From positions 4,104 to 68,103 of the forward strand of contig DF237453.1 in NCBI GenBank assembly GCA_000708835.1: a DNA stretch of 64,000 nt, written 5' to 3'. Source of the DNA: Klebsormidium nitens (Eukaryota > Plantae > Klebsormidiophyceae). This document shows positions 23,783 through 36,757 of the stretch, in pieces. The position numbers and the translations under genes are program-made. The notes under the pieces were generated by a model. That model worked only from the letters and a program-made list of their open reading frames with translations. It was not told the DNA's origin and did no database searches. The first letter of the stretch is position 1, and each line of letters begins with the position of its first letter.

Positions 23783-26700
23783 CTAAAGAGAAGCTGAAAC
23801 GGCAGTATGGTCAACAAACTCGGAGTCCGTTTGCTTTGCACGAGTCCCCTGAAATACTGACAAGCTCGTCGATCTAGAAGGGGGTCGACTGTCGTCAATC
23901 TGTGATTGCGGACGCACCAACCAAGCTTACGCGGATGGCTCAGCGGAGAACTCACGTAAAGGCATGGGTTTATTCAAACCCAGATCCGTGATTCCTCACT
24001 GCCCTACTGTCGAGTAGAATGCGACCAGGAATCAGCACAGCACACGCATGATGACCTCGGCCTTCTGGAGGGCCAGAACGGTCTGACAAAGGAGCAGACA
24101 GATGATCAAGAGAGGAGAAGGCTGAAGCGTTCAGTATGGAGACCGGAAAGAGGGTCTGAATGGCCGCAAGAACGGAAACGCGAGGCATCTTATATGACGA
24201 AAGGCCGGCCGCAACATCTCATATCCGCTAAGATCGAAAAATTACACGGACAAGTCTTTCGTTACGTTACAAAGGTGACCCGCCCACACGTCTTGGCAAA
24301 AGGGAAACATGTAGACTCTTTACCGAAGTCGACTAATACTGCAGACTGTCTGCGAAAAACGCCTCAGAACTGGTTTCGAAAGAGCAGATTTTCAGCGTCA
24401 AGGCTACGGGGATGCTAATCGAGATATTTTACCATAAAAGGAAGTCGTAGTAGGAAACCAGGATTTCCGTCGCTCAGCGCATCGCTTTGAATCTACTCCA
24501 ATTCTGCCAACAATTTGTTGTTTCGTCCCCAGGGCAAAAGGCAAAAGTAGGGCGACAAAGCCAGAACTAGCGGCATTATTGTTCCCTTTGACAGTCGATG
24601 ACCAGAGCCCTGTGACTCAAGTCAGAGAGAATAATCTCATCATCGCCGCTGGCAACCAGGAGAAGGAGTGGCATCGTCAGTGCAAAAAGTGAATTCACGA
24701 AAAGGCTCTGGTTCCCTAAGTTCGAGAAAGTACAGTATCAGTAGTAACGCCAAATCAGTGGCGCGGATTTGCGAGGCATTCCTATCGAAAGGGGGATATG
24801 ACCATTTCCTTGCAGCTTTCAACATCCCTTGAGCTCTTAAAAGCCAGCGGGATTGCCATTACAAATAGGCCTTTTGGATTTTATGCTTCGAACACTCTGG
24901 CAGTACAGAAAGCAGGTCGTTTATGTTGGTCCGATTTTCAGAGGCAACGATGTCAATCTACAGTACGAGGGCTGGGCAACCTTACTCAAGGAAAGCGCTC
25001 GAGCAAGGTCGCATCTGTTTTCAACCTATATGGCCTCTGCAAACTGAAGTGCCCTTTCAAGTGTGCTAAGGAGAAGTTCCAATGCAGAAAAGTACCATTC
25101 GGCTCTGAAACCCTCGTGAAAAAGCCTGGCTTCAAACCATGCTACGGTGTTAGCACTGTCGCTTGGGTTCTGATCAAAGTAAAGAGCTCGAATCCGTCTG
25201 ATGGTCTAATAGTTATGCCAATGGTGTGTGGTAAGAATGTCAGCTATTATTGGCTGATCACCAGTGCCATAAACCCACTTGACCTGAACCGAGGCTTGAA
25301 CCGAGGCCTAAAACAAAAGAAACAACCACGTAACCGATATCCTGGGCTGGACATGCAACTTCAGCGTTTTGATAAATATCAGACCTGTCCAGGACGCGTT
25401 TGTGACATGAAGAGCCCTTGAAACATAGAGCGCTTTTGTGACACCGCTTGAGTGAGGCCACTACTGTCAAGGAGTACATCGTTGTGAGCCTTAAACATGC
25501 CCAGTGCGGCCTCAAAACTACGACCACAAAATGGAAACGATGGCTCCCTATTCACATATAGGCTGGGGGCTTCATTTTCAAGTCATAAGGACCCCCGTCG
25601 GGAAAGGCATGCTGACACAGCGTTTTGCTGTTTACATTGAGATGGACAAAGTTCTATTATCAAAGACAACGACTGAGAAAAAGCAAACTTGTTCAAACAA
25701 GAAAGCTGCTGTTTCAAGAGCACTGCAAACCGCCACACCTCCACTTTGATGGAAGTAGGCCACAAAAGTAACCGCGGGGTGAGAAACAAACAGCTTCGAT
25801 TTTGCAAAAGTGATGCCTACCTTGTTACGACAGATAACCAACTATGCCCGCCCAGGACAAGTGCTGACGCCTCAAAACATATGTTGACAGCACGATTGCA
25901 GAAAAGCATATCAAGAAGGAGAGCTGCTGCCCTGACAGATGCCCTAAGAGCGTGCTCTGGACAAGGAGCAGGAAGCAACTCCTCGAGGAGCTACATGTAG
26001 TTTTGATCTCCTAAGCATCTATCCTTAGAAAACCAGGGGGCGGGAGGGGGGCTTCCCAACACAGTGGAAGCAGCAAACTTCTGCCCAGAAGTGGACTTGA
26101 TAGTCAACTGAAAAGAGAAACCACGCAACCCGGCAATCTGGCGTTTGGACCGTCCTTGAGTTGTTAACTCAGCGCGCCTTTGTGATGACCGGAGATCTGG
26201 AGCACGAGGGGCCCGACCCAAATCGTGAAGCAGGCTTAGATTTTGTAGTATACATCATTGTGACTTTGACAAGACTCACACAACTGAAGGAAGGGCACTG
26301 ACGCTGAAAGGCGAAGTAAACTTTGTTCGAGGTGACTCGTCTGCCAGTGGGGAGCCTATAACCTCTAAAACAGCAGCTAGAAGCGACTTGCTTCTGATGC
26401 TCCTGAATCAATCTTGTTGACTAGAATCAGCCAGGCACAGCGTTGTGGAAGTCCCAACAAACCACTTGAGAAAGTGCAACACTCTGGCAGACGGGGGTCA
26501 GATGTCCACTCCAAATTAACCCAGTATAGCAGTGGAACGCTTTTGCAGCTCACTCAGAACAAGATCCTCAGCTGTGCTATAGAGCGTGGCGGCAAATGCA
26601 ATCATAGCCAAACAACGGTATACAGGCAAAGCCAGGATTGGGTGTGGGTCCTCCCACAGTGCATTGTTTTTGCAGAAGAAGTTTCCAAGAAGAAAGTGGG

Positions 26701-27798
26701 GAGAAAGTGAGAATTGGGGTGGAAGCGACTGAATGTGTCTGAATGTTAAAGTCCAGCAAAGTGGCTGTAGTAGAAAGCTTAGGGCTGAATGAGTCGCTGG
26801 GGCCCAGTCGCAGCATTATAGCAGCGCGCTTTCAGTGGGCATCTCTGGTTGGTCAATGCAACTTTCGATGAAAATCAAATCAAAGTGATTTAAAGAGTGT
26901 TCTGATCAGAGCACGCTTGTCCATTGCATTTGGGCATTGATACAATCAGAACCAGCAGTCGCTTGTGCAAAGAGGGCGTGGCATTAATGAGTCTCGACCA
27001 CTAAGACGGATGGGGCCAAAACGCGGCTGACCCTTGTACTCACTGCCCGCAAAACTTGTCCTTCTGCAGAAAACTTTGCCACGCGGCTTGCCGGCGGACG
27101 TGCGCAACTCAAACATAAGGTACTCATCGAAGAGTCTACGTCAAGCAGCTGAAATCTTTCAATTGGACGTTAATTGCAGACACACAATGAGTCCCAGGGC
27201 CGTCAATTCAAAGACCCCAAAAACTAAATCTATAAATGAACAATGCAACCTCAGCATAGAGATTGACCAAATTGAAGAGATGCATGCATGATTTTCAAGT
27301 TGAGTCCTGTCTTCTATCAAGGAAAATCCTCTGACAAGTGCACGTACTTATAAGCTTGAGCTTCAAAACTGCAGTTGGCTTTCATGAACAATAAGGTCAT
27401 CACCATGAAAAGGAGCGTGCTTCCAGTCCTCTGTTTGCAGCATTCTGCCTATGGGGTAGCCACAGCATCCAGCGACCGACATGGAAAGGCAAATGCGGGA
27501 ACTTTCGGGCATTTCCCTAAAATGCATGAGTATCTCGCAGCATTTTTCTGGAAACAGCGCGGCGATTCGGGCTCAACCAACCATGTCCAAGAACCAACCA
27601 ACAAGCCGTCAGAATGTTATGGTGACGACTTCTTCAGAAGCAGTCTGCCCTCGTGATCATAAACGCACTCCTCCCATAAACTTCTGCAGCTCTCACCAGA
27701 ATGCGGCTTTCACTTGTGTCAAAGAACCTTCATCTTCAACAGATAAGAGAAAGGAAAAACGTTTCACAAAAGAATGCAGCAATCTTCTTTGTGCTTAC

Positions 27799-28141
27799 CA
27801 GCTCCTGCCACCGCTGCCGCCCCTGCCAACCCCCCAACCAGCACTCTCTTCATCAACTCCCGCCGCCGCAAACCCGCCATCCTGGTTGCATCGCTTTCAG
27901 CTCCCCCCGTGCATGCACCACTTTTATCTTCCGACTCCTCCGAGCCATAACTTGCCCTTGCCATTCCTCCATATTGCCTTTTGTGGTATACATTCTTGAA
28001 AGTGAAGCGCTGCGCTGATTGCTGCGCAGGCAGAGGAACAAGGGTCCGACCGGAGATTGAGCAGCTGGAGCTCAATGCTGTAAAGTGGGGAACCTTGATG
28101 GGCTGGATTGCGGCCACGCAGGAGCCGTAAGGCGTAGCCAT
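27799..28141 (-). CDS. First exon encoding a chloroplast transit peptide plus thylakoid twin-arginine (Tat) signal; probably the 5' end of the PsbP-domain gene
   Basis: ATG at 28141; Ser/Ala/Arg-rich MATPYGSCVAAIQ... followed by LRRRELMKRVLVGGLAGAAAVAGA (RR, hydrophobic core, AxA) and a gtaagc donor at 27798. Linking exons between 27798 and 23783 could not be fixed uniquely. Confidence 0.65.
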
Positions 28142-28227
28142 GGCGCCCTTTGTTGGAGGAGAAAACGGAGCAACCACTGAATGTGGGAGTTCTCAGAGCT
28201 CTGAGCCTGTTCATGAGCCAATTCCTG

Positions 28228-28247
28228 GGGTTAGGGTTTTAGGGTTT
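28228..28247 (-). promoter_or_regulatory. Telo-box-like motif (AAACCCTAAAACCCTAACCC) upstream of the thylakoid-targeted gene
   Basis: Plus strand gggttagggttttagggttt about 90 bp 5' of the ATG at 28141; AAACCCTA is the plant telo-box core. Confidence 0.5.
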
Positions 28248-29366
28248 GCTTTTAGAAATGGAGAACGTCCACCGTCGATGATGTGGTCCGGGATCCGGCG
28301 ATGAGTGGTTGAGACCAATTCTGGTATCAGAAAGCGGTTTATTTCAGCCTCAGCGCAACGTACTTGATTATGAACGGCCTACATTAGTACGGTGGTTGTG
28401 TACATTACCTATCTTCCGGTGCAGCTTACCGTACCGTACGTAAATCACGTACCTTGTATGATTTTTGCCGGTGTTCTGCACTCACCATCGCTACTTGCTG
28501 AAAAATACGACAAACTCTTCCATTGCCGGCCGAGTGCCGGCCGAACTTGAGGCGGCGTTGAGGCCAGGCTTCATAATGCATTGACATCTTAGACCGAGGT
28601 CAAGTGACTTGCATAAGTGTACGTTTCTGATCCTGACTAAGGTCAGCTGGTCTGGTAGGTATTCATCTAGGTGCTTGAGGGCCGAAAGCCCACAAGTTTA
28701 ACCACAGCGAACATTTCCTAGCTGTAGTATCTTTGTACTGGCAGGTGACCAGACCGTACGCCAGCTAGAGCTGAAGGACTGCGTATTGCCGACATATGGG
28801 CTAAGAAGACACGTTTCGCATTTACGAGCTCTAGGATTGTGAATTTTGCAAGTCAACAAACTCAACGGTCTACGGGGTCAACGGCTATTCGCTTTCTCAG
28901 GCTCTACATGCAGGAACTCTACAGACTGCATTTGATTCGTTCCGCTCTGGCCGGAGATTCGATTCTGTGCTGTGGAAAGGTTGAGCAGATTAGACTCCTG
29001 CAGACTGCGCGCAAAGACGGGCCAGCATTTGGAACCCCAACCTGTGCAGTCTGATACGTGTACTGGCTGATCCTATCTTTCTCCGCAGAACCTCTGCGTC
29101 CGGATTCCTCCTTGTGGTCGTTTTGTGTTTGAAGCGGCGCAAAGCAGTCCTTGTTGGAGCCAAGTTAGAAAGCCCACCATTCCTCCCTGCGCATTCTTCT
29201 CCAGCAAAAGTGGCGGCTTTGAAAAATCAGTGCATACATTGGGCGTAGAAAGACTTTGTGCTTTGATCAAACTTTAAGCATCACCGCTGCTCTCTGCATT
29301 GCGCGCCCGCATTCGGAGCACCAAATTTCTGTAAAGCCCTCAGCATTGCCAAAAGAAGCGGCAAAA

Positions 29367-32300
29367 ATGGGCAAGACCGCAGCGCCCTCTTTTTGGGCGT
29401 CCAGCCTGGTGGGGTGTCTGTTGCTGAGTTCACTCCTTTTGGCTGAGGCCGGGAGACACAACAGCGGGCTGGCGAACAAGGGGCGGGAGCATTCACACCA
29501 CCACCATCATGGTGGCCATGGGCACGGGAAGCCGGTGGGAATAAGCACCGAGGCAGAGTTTGAGGGGGACGTCCTCCCAGAGAAGACGGCTGTCGCGCAG
29601 GGCAGCGGAAAGATTGCTGGGGGAAAGTCGGAAAATAACCGGCGGTCGGTTGAGGAGTCTGCTGACGTGGGCGGAGTCTACATGTATCTGGCGTCCTTCT
29701 TGACTTTGCAGAGCCGCCCGGCGATCGCGAGCATGACAGGTGTCACGCCCACAAACTGCCACCTGTCGCATGACGTCACCTGCGGCAATGGCAAGCAGTC
29801 CGGAGACCGATTGGGTGCGGCCGTGGACTTCCTCACCGCGTCTTTGTTCGGAAAGTCGACCGAGGGAAAGCAAATTCTGCCGGCGGATGAGTCTGCCAAG
29901 CCCGCAGAGATTGACCCAGCACCGGGTTTCTCGCAAGCCCCCCTGGAAAGACCATCCGACGCGGGAAAGAAGATCCTGCCTAGTCACGAGGGAACAAAGC
30001 CTGCAGAGTTGGATCCGGCAAACCACAAGCAGGGGGGTGAAATTGCCGGACAGGAGACCCCCCTCCCCGCAGACGAGGGCACTGGCAACCCCTCTTGGAC
30101 CGGCCTCCTCCCGAGCATCGTCCGCGCATTTGCATCCATCCGCAACTCTGGCCACGTCACCGCTGACATCAGCGGCGCGTCAGCGCTCCGCCGGCCGTCT
30201 GATGCCGGCAAGCAGATCCTGCCTGCAGACGAGGGGAGAGGTGTTCAGCCCCCTCAGAGCGGAATGGAGGGGGAGCGGACGGAACTGAACGCGGCGTTCT
30301 CGGAAACTAGAGCGAGGATGCTGATCAGTGCGGGGAGTCCCGAGACGAGCACGGTTTCGCAGCTGTTTTTAGATGCGCACAACGCGGCGCGCAGCGCAGT
30401 GGGGGTGCAACCAATCAAATGGAACACGACCCTGGCAATATTTGCACAGGTGAGTTGTAAGGGGTTGCCTCGCTATTTGGTACGCTATTTGGTACGCTAT
30501 TTGGTGAAAAGCGGGTGCGGTGGTTTTGTCGTTTCAGGCAAGCGGATGGGGGGTGCACTGATTGGGGCAGAAGGCTGGCGGCGTTGGCGTTGGTTAGGAG
30601 CGAGATTATGCTTCTGGGGCTTGGAGACACTTTGCTCTCATTATGCTGGAGACAGGTCTACATTTTGCTGACTTTCATTGTAAGATTGGGGGTTTTCCTG
30701 ATGATGGATCATCAGCCACATTCGGATGTCTAAGTAGGCAATGTGATGTGAGTAGGCAATCCTTTCCTGCCAAAAGCCCGGCTTTCATGTATTATAAAAG
30801 AGAGGTTTGTAGGCGTCTTCATCTTGTGTAGAGTGAAGGTTTTCTTGGACAGCAAAATGTTCGTACTAATGCTTGACGAATGCGAACATCACGATCTTAT
30901 ATAGGAGCTTCAACGAAACCTGAGGCTCTTGGTGGAAAGCCCTAGAAGAAAGTCCGATAATGAAGCCACCAGAACCTCTCGGTTTTCCAAACGAAGAAGC
31001 AGAGAATCAACGCCATGTGTGCCGATCGGCGCGCTTACAACCAGGGCGCCCACTTGAGTTTTCTCGAGCGTTAGGGCTCCTATTCTTGACCAACCGAAAG
31101 TTCGTGAAGCGCCAATGAAACACATGACTCTGGAACGTCCGAGCTGAGACGTTCCTCTTATCTATGAAGGCACGGGCAAACAGCAAGCAGATCAACGCAA
31201 GCTGTGCGACTGCACACTCGCAACCACAGTGCCCAATACAGACTGATTTAAGCCTTAGCGCTTCATTACTCCAGATTATCGAGCTCGAAAGTCACGCGCG
31301 AAGTCCGCTCTGAACGGTTTCTCTCTTTTCGTACAGGCGTGGGCGAACAACCAGAAGATCAACGCGAGCTGTGCGATGGCGCACCGTCCGACGAGCGGGC
31401 CCAACAAGCGCATCTACGGCGAGAACATCGCGTGGAACGGCGGCTTCAAGAGCAGCGCAACCCAGGTGAGCGGGTTGTTCCGTTGTTCCGCTCTTCCGTT
31501 GAGTGGCTCAGCTCTTTCTCAACTGCTGATGTGTCTAGGCTAGCCGCCTTCTTTCATGACTTTCTAAAAGCAAAATTCTCGAGGTGAACGGCGGCCTCAA
31601 GAGCGTTCCGATGCTCCGCTTCGATTTCCCTTCCGTACCGATGTACCGAGCCTGCCTCCGTCTTTGGCCAACTCTCCTTTCGCTTAGCTCATCTGCCGGC
31701 GCATCTGCTGGCGCATCTGCGTCCAGGAACGTCGCGCCCGGAATACAAACCGTTTAATAATCAGCAAAAGCGAGCACAAAAACCTCCCACTACTCTTCTA
31801 TTCTGTTGACGGACCTTTCGCCACAAACTGCAAACTAAAGTTGGATTCTTGGATCCTTTAGCGTTTGGACTAGTGAGCGCATCCAATTTTAGCGACGGCA
31901 AACTTTTCAACCAAGGTTCGTTTCGCGAAAGAGAAAACGAGCGAACGGGGGGACACGTCAGCATCATGCAGGGTGATTCTCAAAAGAATCCTACATAAGG
32001 AGTCCTGACGTTTCCCGATTCTGATCCCAGATCACCAATCTGTGGGCCGGCGAGTCGATCTACTACAACCGCACGTCCAACACGTGCACGCCCGGCAAGG
32101 TCTGCGGACACTACACCGCGGTGAGCGCACCAAATCTACGAGTCTAGTATAAAGTCTTCAGAAAATGGTGCCTTTCTAGCCTGCAACCGACATGGGCTGT
32201 GAGTGTCTGGGGCGGGTAGTCGCACTGAAGTAGTCTCGCTCGGAGTCGTAGCTTTTTGGCAGTGACCAGGCAGCCTCAAACTCATTGCTCGTGTCGCCTC

Positions 32301-32838
32301 CTTGGACGCGTCGGAAAACTCACTTTGTCAGCACTTTGTCAGCACTTTGTCAGCACTTTGTCAGCACTTGTCAGATACAGGATCGCTCTAATTATTCAGA
32401 GTCACGAGCAGCCTTCACCAAGCCCTTTGTTGGCACCGTACTCGGGCGCTGCAAACCAAGTCCCGGACCCTCTTGTTATCCATGATTTCTGCCAGTCCCG
32501 TTCAGACGAAAATTCGAACTCTTTGCTATTCTGGATGCTAGCTGTCCTTCCGGCCTCAGGTCAACGGAGTCCTTCAGAAACTCCTTTTTCCTGCAACGAA
32601 GTTCGCAACGTGAACGAACGAACGGGTGGGTTTCATACCAGCCAAGAAGTGAAGTCCTTTCTTGGATCCCGCTCCGCCCACTGATTCCGTTTCCATTTCT
32701 ACGCAGATCGTCTGGGCCAAGACCACCCAGCTGGGCTGCGCCGTCGTGGCTTGCCCCGACCCCACCTACCGCATGACCCAATTCTGGGTGTGCAACTATT
32801 GGCCCAACGGGAACATCATCGGTCAGCGGCCTTATTAG
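29367..32838 (+). CDS. Secreted PR-1/CAP (SCP) family protein, 477 aa, with long N-terminal extension
   Basis: Phase-0 exons 29367-30449, 31337-31465, 32031-32120, 32707-32838. Signal-peptide-like MGKTAAPSFWASSLVGCLLLSSLLLAEA. CAP motifs FLDAHNAARSAVGVQPIKWNTTLAIFAQAWA, YGENIAW, CGHYTAIVWAKTTQLGCA, CNYWPNGNIIGQRPY-stop. Confidence 0.93.
30471..30506. repeat. 12-bp tandem repeat x3 in PR-1 intron 1
   Basis: (cgctatttggta)x3, last copy ending in g; gives the spurious RYLV x3 in the unspliced ORF. Confidence 0.9.
32321..32374. repeat. 11-bp tandem repeat x5 in PR-1 intron 3
   Basis: (cactttgtcag)x4 plus cacttgtcag. Confidence 0.9.
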
Positions 32839-35800
32839 GTTTACTACGACGTGAAAAACATCTAATGACGAATAAGTGATGAGAAGGGAGGGTGGGATGA
32901 AGAATCAATGTCGATCAGTTGAGGGGTGATGGAACCTAGGAACACATAGACAGGAAAAGGATTGGCAGAAGAGCGTTGGGTCATTGACGGACTGACAGAA
33001 TGTATGGTAACGATACAGAACAGACAGCAATCATTCTTTTACTGACAGGTTTGTAGGACAGGTATTGAAAACACAGGGCAAGCATAAATCGATTAGCACT
33101 CGACTGGAAAGCAGCACAGGGTGGTAGCAACGGATGCGTCAAGAAAGGAAATCGACTGAGAACCTGATACGTTACAATAAGAGGACTGCTCAAAGTGCAA
33201 GAACGAATCTGGTTCGGGACGTGCGAAAGAGCGTGATATCCACATACAGTATCGATCAGATGGATCGAAGATCCGAGTGTCCGGAATTTAGTTGCAGTAC
33301 GGCTGCAGAAATTTTTTTGAGTCACCTGCGCCTGTGCATATGAAGCTAGATCATCGGCCCAAAGTGGGAAACGGGACGCCCTCTGCAATCCAGGAGATTG
33401 ATTCTTGAACGTGCCTGACATGCACCTTTGAGTAATGCAGAGACCGAGTTCATTTAACGGGCTGGAACGCTCGACACGTCTCTCAACCATTATGCGGAGT
33501 TGCCAATTGACATGCATGTCAGCATGTGTGATTCAAATGAGTGCCGGAGCTGTTTTGCACCCCCCCACGCAAGCAACGGCGCCATGCGAAACTGAGCTCA
33601 TGACTTTGCGCGACTCTGTAATAGCGCAAGCGAAAATGATCTTGCCGCGAGTCAGGGGAACGTTTGGCATCCGGTTGTCCAGTTTGAATTCAAGGGAATC
33701 CCCCAAGCGTTGAACGGGCATTGGCCATCGGGAAGCACCACAGGTCAATCAGTTGTGCCTCATTGGAGAGGTCTCAAGCTTGGTCGGATAAACATTGGAA
33801 ATGTATCACGATGCGCAGCCGGCTGATCTTGCGCGCCACCAAGAATCGATTGAAGGCTGCGAAGATGGACGTGGGGAGCAGGGGAGCTGTGCCGCACGCG
33901 GCTAGTGGGCGGATTGACGGCGGCTTGTCTGCCGGCCTGAAGTCTTGAGTGAGCTCGGCTACGTTTCACCGATAATCTTAATAAGGCTTTCCTAATTCAT
34001 GGGCGACCATTCCCTCGCATAATTTTCAATAACTGGTGAGTCCAGACCAAATGAAACGCGGTGCACCGTGCCAATGCAAGCACGCCGCGAGGCTCATACT
34101 ACATGGACGGGCCGCCGCCGCTCCGCATTGCCAGTGCGATCGTGAGGAGACGGCCTCGATACGGACACGAAAATAGCGCAAGCCTTGACTCGAGCTTAGC
34201 GGACGGTATCTGAGCGCAGCCTGAACGGACGTCCATGCTACCTGACGACGGTCGCGGCCTGCACGCGTGAAAGTGGCCGCGGGCGCCGGCGACGGCAGTC
34301 ACACCGCCCGGCGTGCGCGGCGCGGTCGCGCCAAAAATGGATACCCATCGTCTGGTTCGATATCGGCATATTCGGAGTCGGCGAGAGCCGTCGATAAAAT
34401 GCGCGCGGAGAAAGTAGGTCCCCTTTCGATCTCTGCCGACGGTAGGTTAACAGTGCTCAATGTACCCCGGACTTTGCAAAGGCTGTCGACGATTCAGTCT
34501 ACAGTAAGTTAGCTAGTAGGTAGCTGAGGGTACTCCCGGCCAGTAGGGAGTGGGCACATACATATCCATCTGTACTCCAGAGCCACTTTGCAGGTACTAA
34601 AGTGTTTTGGAGTCGCTATCGCTTAAATCGTACTAAGCTTAAGCAAGTACATCTGTATCCTCTGGCCCTAAGCTTCTAGTTGACCTTGACTGCCATGTGG
34701 CACATTAATTCAAGGACATATGAAAAATAGCACGTGCTGAATGCAGCACCGAACAGAGCCTCCACGTGCCACCTTCTACGTTTATGTTCCGCTGCGTTGA
34801 CCGCGAGTTTCAAGTGTAGTCTGCTCGTAGCATACCTTTGCCCTAAAAAGTAGCCGCTCTGACGTCAGCTCCTCGGACTAGCTATCAGATGTGGGCCCCG
34901 TGCGAATGCAACCGTCTGTTCCTTACGTAAGCATATGCCCAATTCAAACAATGTTAGAGCTGGCGCTTGTCTGAGAGTGCAGACACCGGTTCGCCAATTG
35001 TGACCGCATCTGCTGAGAATTCGGCGCACTTCTGAGCGGCGACTGATTCTGAATATTGGAACTTCTCTCTTTTTGCCAGCATTGCGCGAGAAGCGAGACC
35101 TGACGTCAGCTTCACAAGAACTGTACTTACAAGGTACCCAAGGCCGCGCAGCACGTAGCTAAGTGCGAGGCGGTACTGTTCTGCATTCACAACATATCAT
35201 AGTCTCATCATTGTACAGCAATTAGAGTATATATATGCACAATTAGGACTCGAGGATCAATCACAGGCTTGAGTTCTGGTGTCGCCAAGTCACACTAATT
35301 AACTTCGTTGAGACCGCCAGTCCTGTAAATTTTATGCAGTTGCAATGTGCTCTGTTTGAGCGTTGGTTGCCTCTGGCCTTCTGAAAGCAGGCGGTATTAC
35401 TGGCCAAACGCGGGGGCCAAGCAATCATGGTCTTTCTGATTCAACTTGGCTAAATGCTGTGGTCTTCTTTCAAGGCCGCCTTTGATGCCACTCCCATCCG
35501 TCATGCTGGCCCTTTCGGAGGAAAGGAAAAGGGATTACGATAGGATGGGCAGATTGCCAAACGCAGGCTCCTATGGTTATGTGGCGCATTCATAAGATCT
35601 GAACCATGAGAGTGCTTTGAAAGCGAGCAGGGAACGAAGCCCGTCCCAACCGAGGCGTTCCAAGGGGGAATGATCATCAGGAGGAGATAGGTGACTATTC
35701 TGAATATTTGAGAATAGGAAGACTTACAAAGCTCAGAGAGGTTGGATTCCACAGAGGACGCGCAAGGCCTCCAAAGAGCGCTGCTTCAAGCAGTCAGACC

Positions 35801-36757
35801 GCTTGCTGTGTTTCTGTATATGAAGGTTCAGGGCCAACTCCATCACTGGCAGATAGCAGACGGCAGACGCCAGACGTCAGCACCCGCCAGCTTGACGGAA
35901 GGGACACGTTTGGAGAGGCGAAGCAACTGGGTTAGCAACATGAATGCTGAGCCAAATGCGGGCCAGCTGAAACCTGAATATCGGGGCCCTAGCCACTAGA
36001 CGCAGCATTCCACCGGGGGACCACCGTTTTTCAAGTCATGCAGGCAAGCCCTCGATTCTTCTTCTCCGTCGGAGGTCTATATGCCAATCTGCCCGAAGTA
36101 GCTATGCTGCCTTAGACAAGGCTGAGAAATCGCAGACGTTCCTGAGGTTGTAAAGAAGGTGCGAGGTGTAGGTTCTCGTGTTCTGGGGGACCGAAGGGAG
36201 ATCGGGAGGTCGTGAGATAAGACTTAATGCAGTATAAGAACCTCCTTCGTATTTAACAGCACAATATTGAGGCAGCTACTGAAGAAGCTAAACTACCGCA
36301 ACAAATCATCATATGGGCGGAATAAAAGAATTCGTTTTCGTCCTTAAGAAGACGCTTGTCTTTCACGAACGACCGCAGAGTTTTCATGTTGAGTTGTCTT
36401 CCTTCTCGTTCACTTTGAAAGTGCTTGGTTCATAGTCTCTCCCTATGCCTCCTTGGGGCTGGAGCAAACGGCCAAGCGACAAGGAGCAATTTCCTACCTC
36501 TTATCCGGTAAAAGACTGCCTATCTCTAAATTTGGACCTATCCCCTAGAAAATCAACAGCTATACCTGCTCATTACAGCTAGAACCCATCCCGTAAAAGA
36601 GCTACATTCGTTCACAGGCTGTCGCAAAAGAACCGAAGACATGGCTTCAGCAGATTGGCAGCATTGAACAACATTCAACTCTGCCTGCAGAGACTCGCTG
36701 GATCTTAATAAGGGTGCACATCACTCCTCAACTCCTTACGGCCCTCCGTTATCACAG

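Noticed and set aside
24798-25421. 207-aa plus-strand ORF
   Set aside because: No recognisable motif or splice context; lies antisense within the probable intron region of the PsbP-like gene.
30450-30671. C-terminal part of ORF 29256-30671 (RYLV repeats)
   Set aside because: Read-through into intron 1 of the PR-1 gene; the CAP domain continues at 31337.
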